Part shown: piece by piece, positions 61,404 to 64,000 of the stretch
Position numbering within the stretch: position 1 is the stretch's first letter
How the letters are laid out: each line of letters starts with the position of its first letter
From: Methanotrichaceae archaeon
GTDB taxonomy: Archaea; Halobacteriota; Methanosarcinia; Methanotrichales; Methanotrichaceae
DNA length: 64,000 nucleotides
Assembly: GCA_963813075.1 (NCBI GenBank)
Contig: CAWEXU010000030.1
Coordinates: 64,001 to 128,000 of the forward strand
Reading direction: 5' to 3'
Notes under the pieces: model-generated
The model's database searches: none
Told to the model about the DNA's origin: nothing
The model's input: only the letters and a program-made list of their open reading frames with translations
Made by a program: the position numbers and the translations under genes

Positions 61404-62075
61404 TTATTTTGGGGCAGGCGGCTTTTCCGATATTATACTTACCCCTGCCTCTTTGATCTTATTCTTCCGGGCGACATTTAAAAGCATTGGAGTCAGGCTC
61501 TCCACCAGGGATGAGGCAGCCAGAGGGCCTACGAACAGCGGCCTGAGGTTTTTAATCTCCAGGGTCAAGCTCCTGACCATATCCACGGCCTCGGGATCGT
61601 CGCCGCATATCAGGACATCGCCTTTCAACTCCCTATCTCTTGCCTGAAGAGATGCAGCAGGTACGGTGTGAAAAGCGGATACAACCCTGATTTGAGGAGG
61701 AAGGAGCGACCTGGCCTGCAGGGCAGAGCTGCCCTCCTCAGGAGGATTAAAGCGGAAGAACTTGCCGTCGTAGCTCATGGGAACCACGGGGGAGATCACA
61801 ATCTGCTGGTCAAAAGACGAGGACAGATCATAAGTGACTGATTTCAGGTGCTCAGGTGGCACGCAGAGGATGACCGCGTCCGCGGCGGCCACTGCGCTGG
61901 CATTATCCGTTCCCCATACATTTCCGTTAGCGCCCTCAAGCTGCATGATCGCACTGGCGCTCTCCCGGGCCTTATCAGCATTACGCGAACCGATAATAAC
62001 CTCATGAAGGGACATAAAGCGCACAGCAAAGCCTGTACCAATATCGCCCGTCCCACCAACAAGAGCAATCTTCAT
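61404..62075 (-). CDS. npdG: F420H2:NADP+ oxidoreductase
   Basis: MKIALVGGTGDIG.G.A, IGSR, SAFH and VESLTP.L motifs. Confidence 0.92.
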   Translation of the reverse strand: MKIALVGGTGDIGTGFAVRFMSLHEVIIGSRNADKARESASAIMQLEGANGNVWGTDNASAVAAADAVILCVPPEHLKSVTYDLSSSFDQQIVISPVVPMSYDGKFFRFNPPEEGSSALQARSLLPPQIRVVSAFHTVPAASLQARDRELKGDVLICGDDPEAVDMVRSLTLEIKNLRPLFVGPLAASSLVESLTPMLLNVARKNKIKEAGVSIISEKPPAPK

Positions 62076-62346
62076 GAGGGAGACGTTATCCAGCCTATTA
62101 TTACATTTTTGGGTCAGGTCGAATAAGAATGATAAAAATCATAAGAATGAACCAGATCGATTGAATTTTACTTGTAAGAAGGGATGGCACGAGATGCGAA
62201 AGGGAGTAGCAATGAAGGGGGTAATAAACGTCACCTCGTGCCGCGAATTCCTGCATTATCATATCATAATGCAGTTATCACTATTAGGTCTCTTCTCCTT
62301 TATTAAGTTTTAGGTGGAAAAAAAGAATTATGCGTTTTATAAATTT

Positions 62347-63408
62347 TTAAAGATTATTGTCTTTCAGGGCCTCCTCCACCTCTGAAAGAGTAGCATCGGT
62401 CTTTATGCCCAGGCCGGTGAAATGGGTGCGGGAAGCCTGGCGGCCCATAGACTTCAGCCTCAGGATGACACCATCGATTTTCCCGGGGGTGATGCCGAGC
62501 TTTTCACAGATACTATGATGGTCATAATACATGGGCACATCAGCCTCCATCGCGCAGGTGCTGAGGATCTTCGTGGCTCTCCCTCCCAGATCTCCCTGGT
62601 CAAGGGCACGAAAAATGATATCAGGCTCTTGGATCCTGCCCAGCCACAGGGGCCCGGCCAGGGTGGTGAGGGATTGGCAGTGAGGGCACCGCCCCACGGG
62701 ATGTGGCTCCTCCAGGAGACTGAAGCTGCCGCAGCGGTTGCAGTGCTCCACATATCCCAGGGACTGGAGGGACCTGTCCGCCGCCGCTGCTCCTCGGATC
62801 ACGCGAAGGTAAGCGCGTACGTAGTGATCGGTCACATGGGTGAGCAACGGCTCTGTACCCTTGTCCAGCCGGGCCAGCTCACGGGCCGCCAGCCCGAGGA
62901 GGACCCTGGCTCCCATCTCCCGGTGATAATCGGTGCGCAGGGGACGGGCCATATATTTGCGAATACCGCTTTTCAAGTGAGCGCCACATAGAGGAGCGGT
63001 ATCTGTGGCAGTGATGAACAGATACGACCGGGCTGATCTGCTGGCAGCGGAAAGATATGGGGAGGGAGAGCCAAATGGGTCCAGGTCCACGGCCTGAAAA
63101 TGCTCCTGGTGCAAGAGAACATTGGCATTATTCTCAGAGACTATGCAGTTCAGCCTGTTTCTGGACACATTATCTCGCATCAGCTGCACCGCCCGGGGAT
63201 CGAAGTCATTGAGGGTCACCAACTCTACCCCCGCCTCTTTCGCCACCCTCAGCCCCCGGATGCCGCTGGCGGAGAGGGCGTCCAGGTACTCGCTGATCCC
63301 CAGGGCTCTTGTTACGGCCACCCCGATATCACGGTTCAGTTGCATCCTGGGGTTGTAAAAGGCCCCATCCACCTCGAATGTGATGGCGCCTTCTTCATGG
63401 AGAGTCAT
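62347..63408 (-). CDS. trm1: tRNA (guanine26-N2)-dimethyltransferase
   Basis: FYNPRM.LNRD, SASGIRGLR, DLDPFGSP, TATDTAPLCG, GPLW.G and SRTH motifs. Confidence 0.95.
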   Translation of the reverse strand: MTLHEEGAITFEVDGAFYNPRMQLNRDIGVAVTRALGISEYLDALSASGIRGLRVAKEAGVELVTLNDFDPRAVQLMRDNVSRNRLNCIVSENNANVLLHQEHFQAVDLDPFGSPSPYLSAASRSARSYLFITATDTAPLCGAHLKSGIRKYMARPLRTDYHREMGARVLLGLAARELARLDKGTEPLLTHVTDHYVRAYLRVIRGAAAADRSLQSLGYVEHCNRCGSFSLLEEPHPVGRCPHCQSLTTLAGPLWLGRIQEPDIIFRALDQGDLGGRATKILSTCAMEADVPMYYDHHSICEKLGITPGKIDGVILRLKSMGRQASRTHFTGLGIKTDATLSEVEEALKDNNL

Positions 63409-64000
63409 CTAAAAATCATTCTCTTCCCGGAAGGGTGAACGGCTCACATCCAGCGACTCAGAGTCCCCCCACTGGGGCGGGGAGCTGGGCCGGGGCGAGG
63501 ATATCACCATGATCCCCTCCTCCTGCCGGGCTGCAGGCTCCGACTCCTCCTCCGGCATGAGAGTTGCATACCTTGCGATCAGGTCCCCGATCTCAGCCAG
63601 CCCCAGGCTCCCTTTTCCGAAAGGAAGGATCGAAGGCATAAGGTCAATAGAGCTGGACTCCGGGCCGGGAAGAGAGTAGGGCAAGTCTCCCATGCCGTCC
63701 CGGTTCTCGTCTTTCCCCTGGTAGTCGCTATAGTAGTTTCCGACGGTGGTATTCCAGATATTGCGGCTGAGGTTCTCATAGGCATTGATGTTATTATCCT
63801 GGAAATTATTTGCAAATATGAGGTTATTCCGGTTCTCATTCATCCTTATCCCGTGCTTGTTCTCACTGGCATTGTTGGCATAGAGGGCATTGAACTGGCA
63901 GCCTTTGGAGACCTCCAGGCCGTTGTAGTTCCCCCGGGCGGTGTTTCCCACCACCAGGTTATGGCTGCTGTTCTCCTGCAGGGATAGACCGATGCCAAAT
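63409..64000 (-). CDS. NosD/CASH beta-helix protein (5' part beyond window)
   Basis: Frame is open to the window edge; N-repeats, GNYYSDY and DGMGD.PY motifs. Confidence 0.85.
   Translation of the reverse strand, partial: FGIGLSLQENSSHNLVVGNTARGNYNGLEVSKGCQFNALYANNASENKHGIRMNENRNNLIFANNFQDNNINAYENLSRNIWNTTVGNYYSDYQGKDENRDGMGDLPYSLPGPESSSIDLMPSILPFGKGSLGLAEIGDLIARYATLMPEEESEPAARQEEGIMVISSPRPSSPPQWGDSESLDVSRSPFREENDF

Overview
Archaeal chromosomal segment from a methanogen, most consistent with Methanothrix (Methanosaeta). Core genes include the complete mtrEDCBAFGH operon, carS, cofD, methanogenesis marker 12, the HMG-CoA synthase/thiolase/DUF35 cluster, archaeal thrS, fae-hps, fno/npdG and trm1. 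Accessory genes include copB, aqpZ, a RelE-type toxin-antitoxin pair, an intact IS200/IS605 (tnpA+tnpB) element and many secreted NosD/S8/rhodanese proteins. There are two tRNAs: Gly-TCC with a 26-nt BHB intron, and His-GTG without an encoded G-1. Scattered single-base indels break several conserved genes and are most likely assembly errors. The most interesting signals are non-coding and absent from the ORF track. (1) A tandem array of three homologous ~60-nt units at exact 135-bp spacing (25448-25815, minus strand); each has its own BRE/TATA box, a 10-11 bp stem and an invariant anti-Shine-Dalgarno-like AUCCCUCC loop, which suggests independently transcribed sRNAs. (2) A ~460-nt densely base-paired element (43961-44420) with its own promoter and T-tract that I could not assign to any RNA family I know. 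Two further single hairpins with C-rich loops and several unannotated micro-ORFs are also reported. All assignments come from reading the sequence by eye; no searches or folding programs were run.
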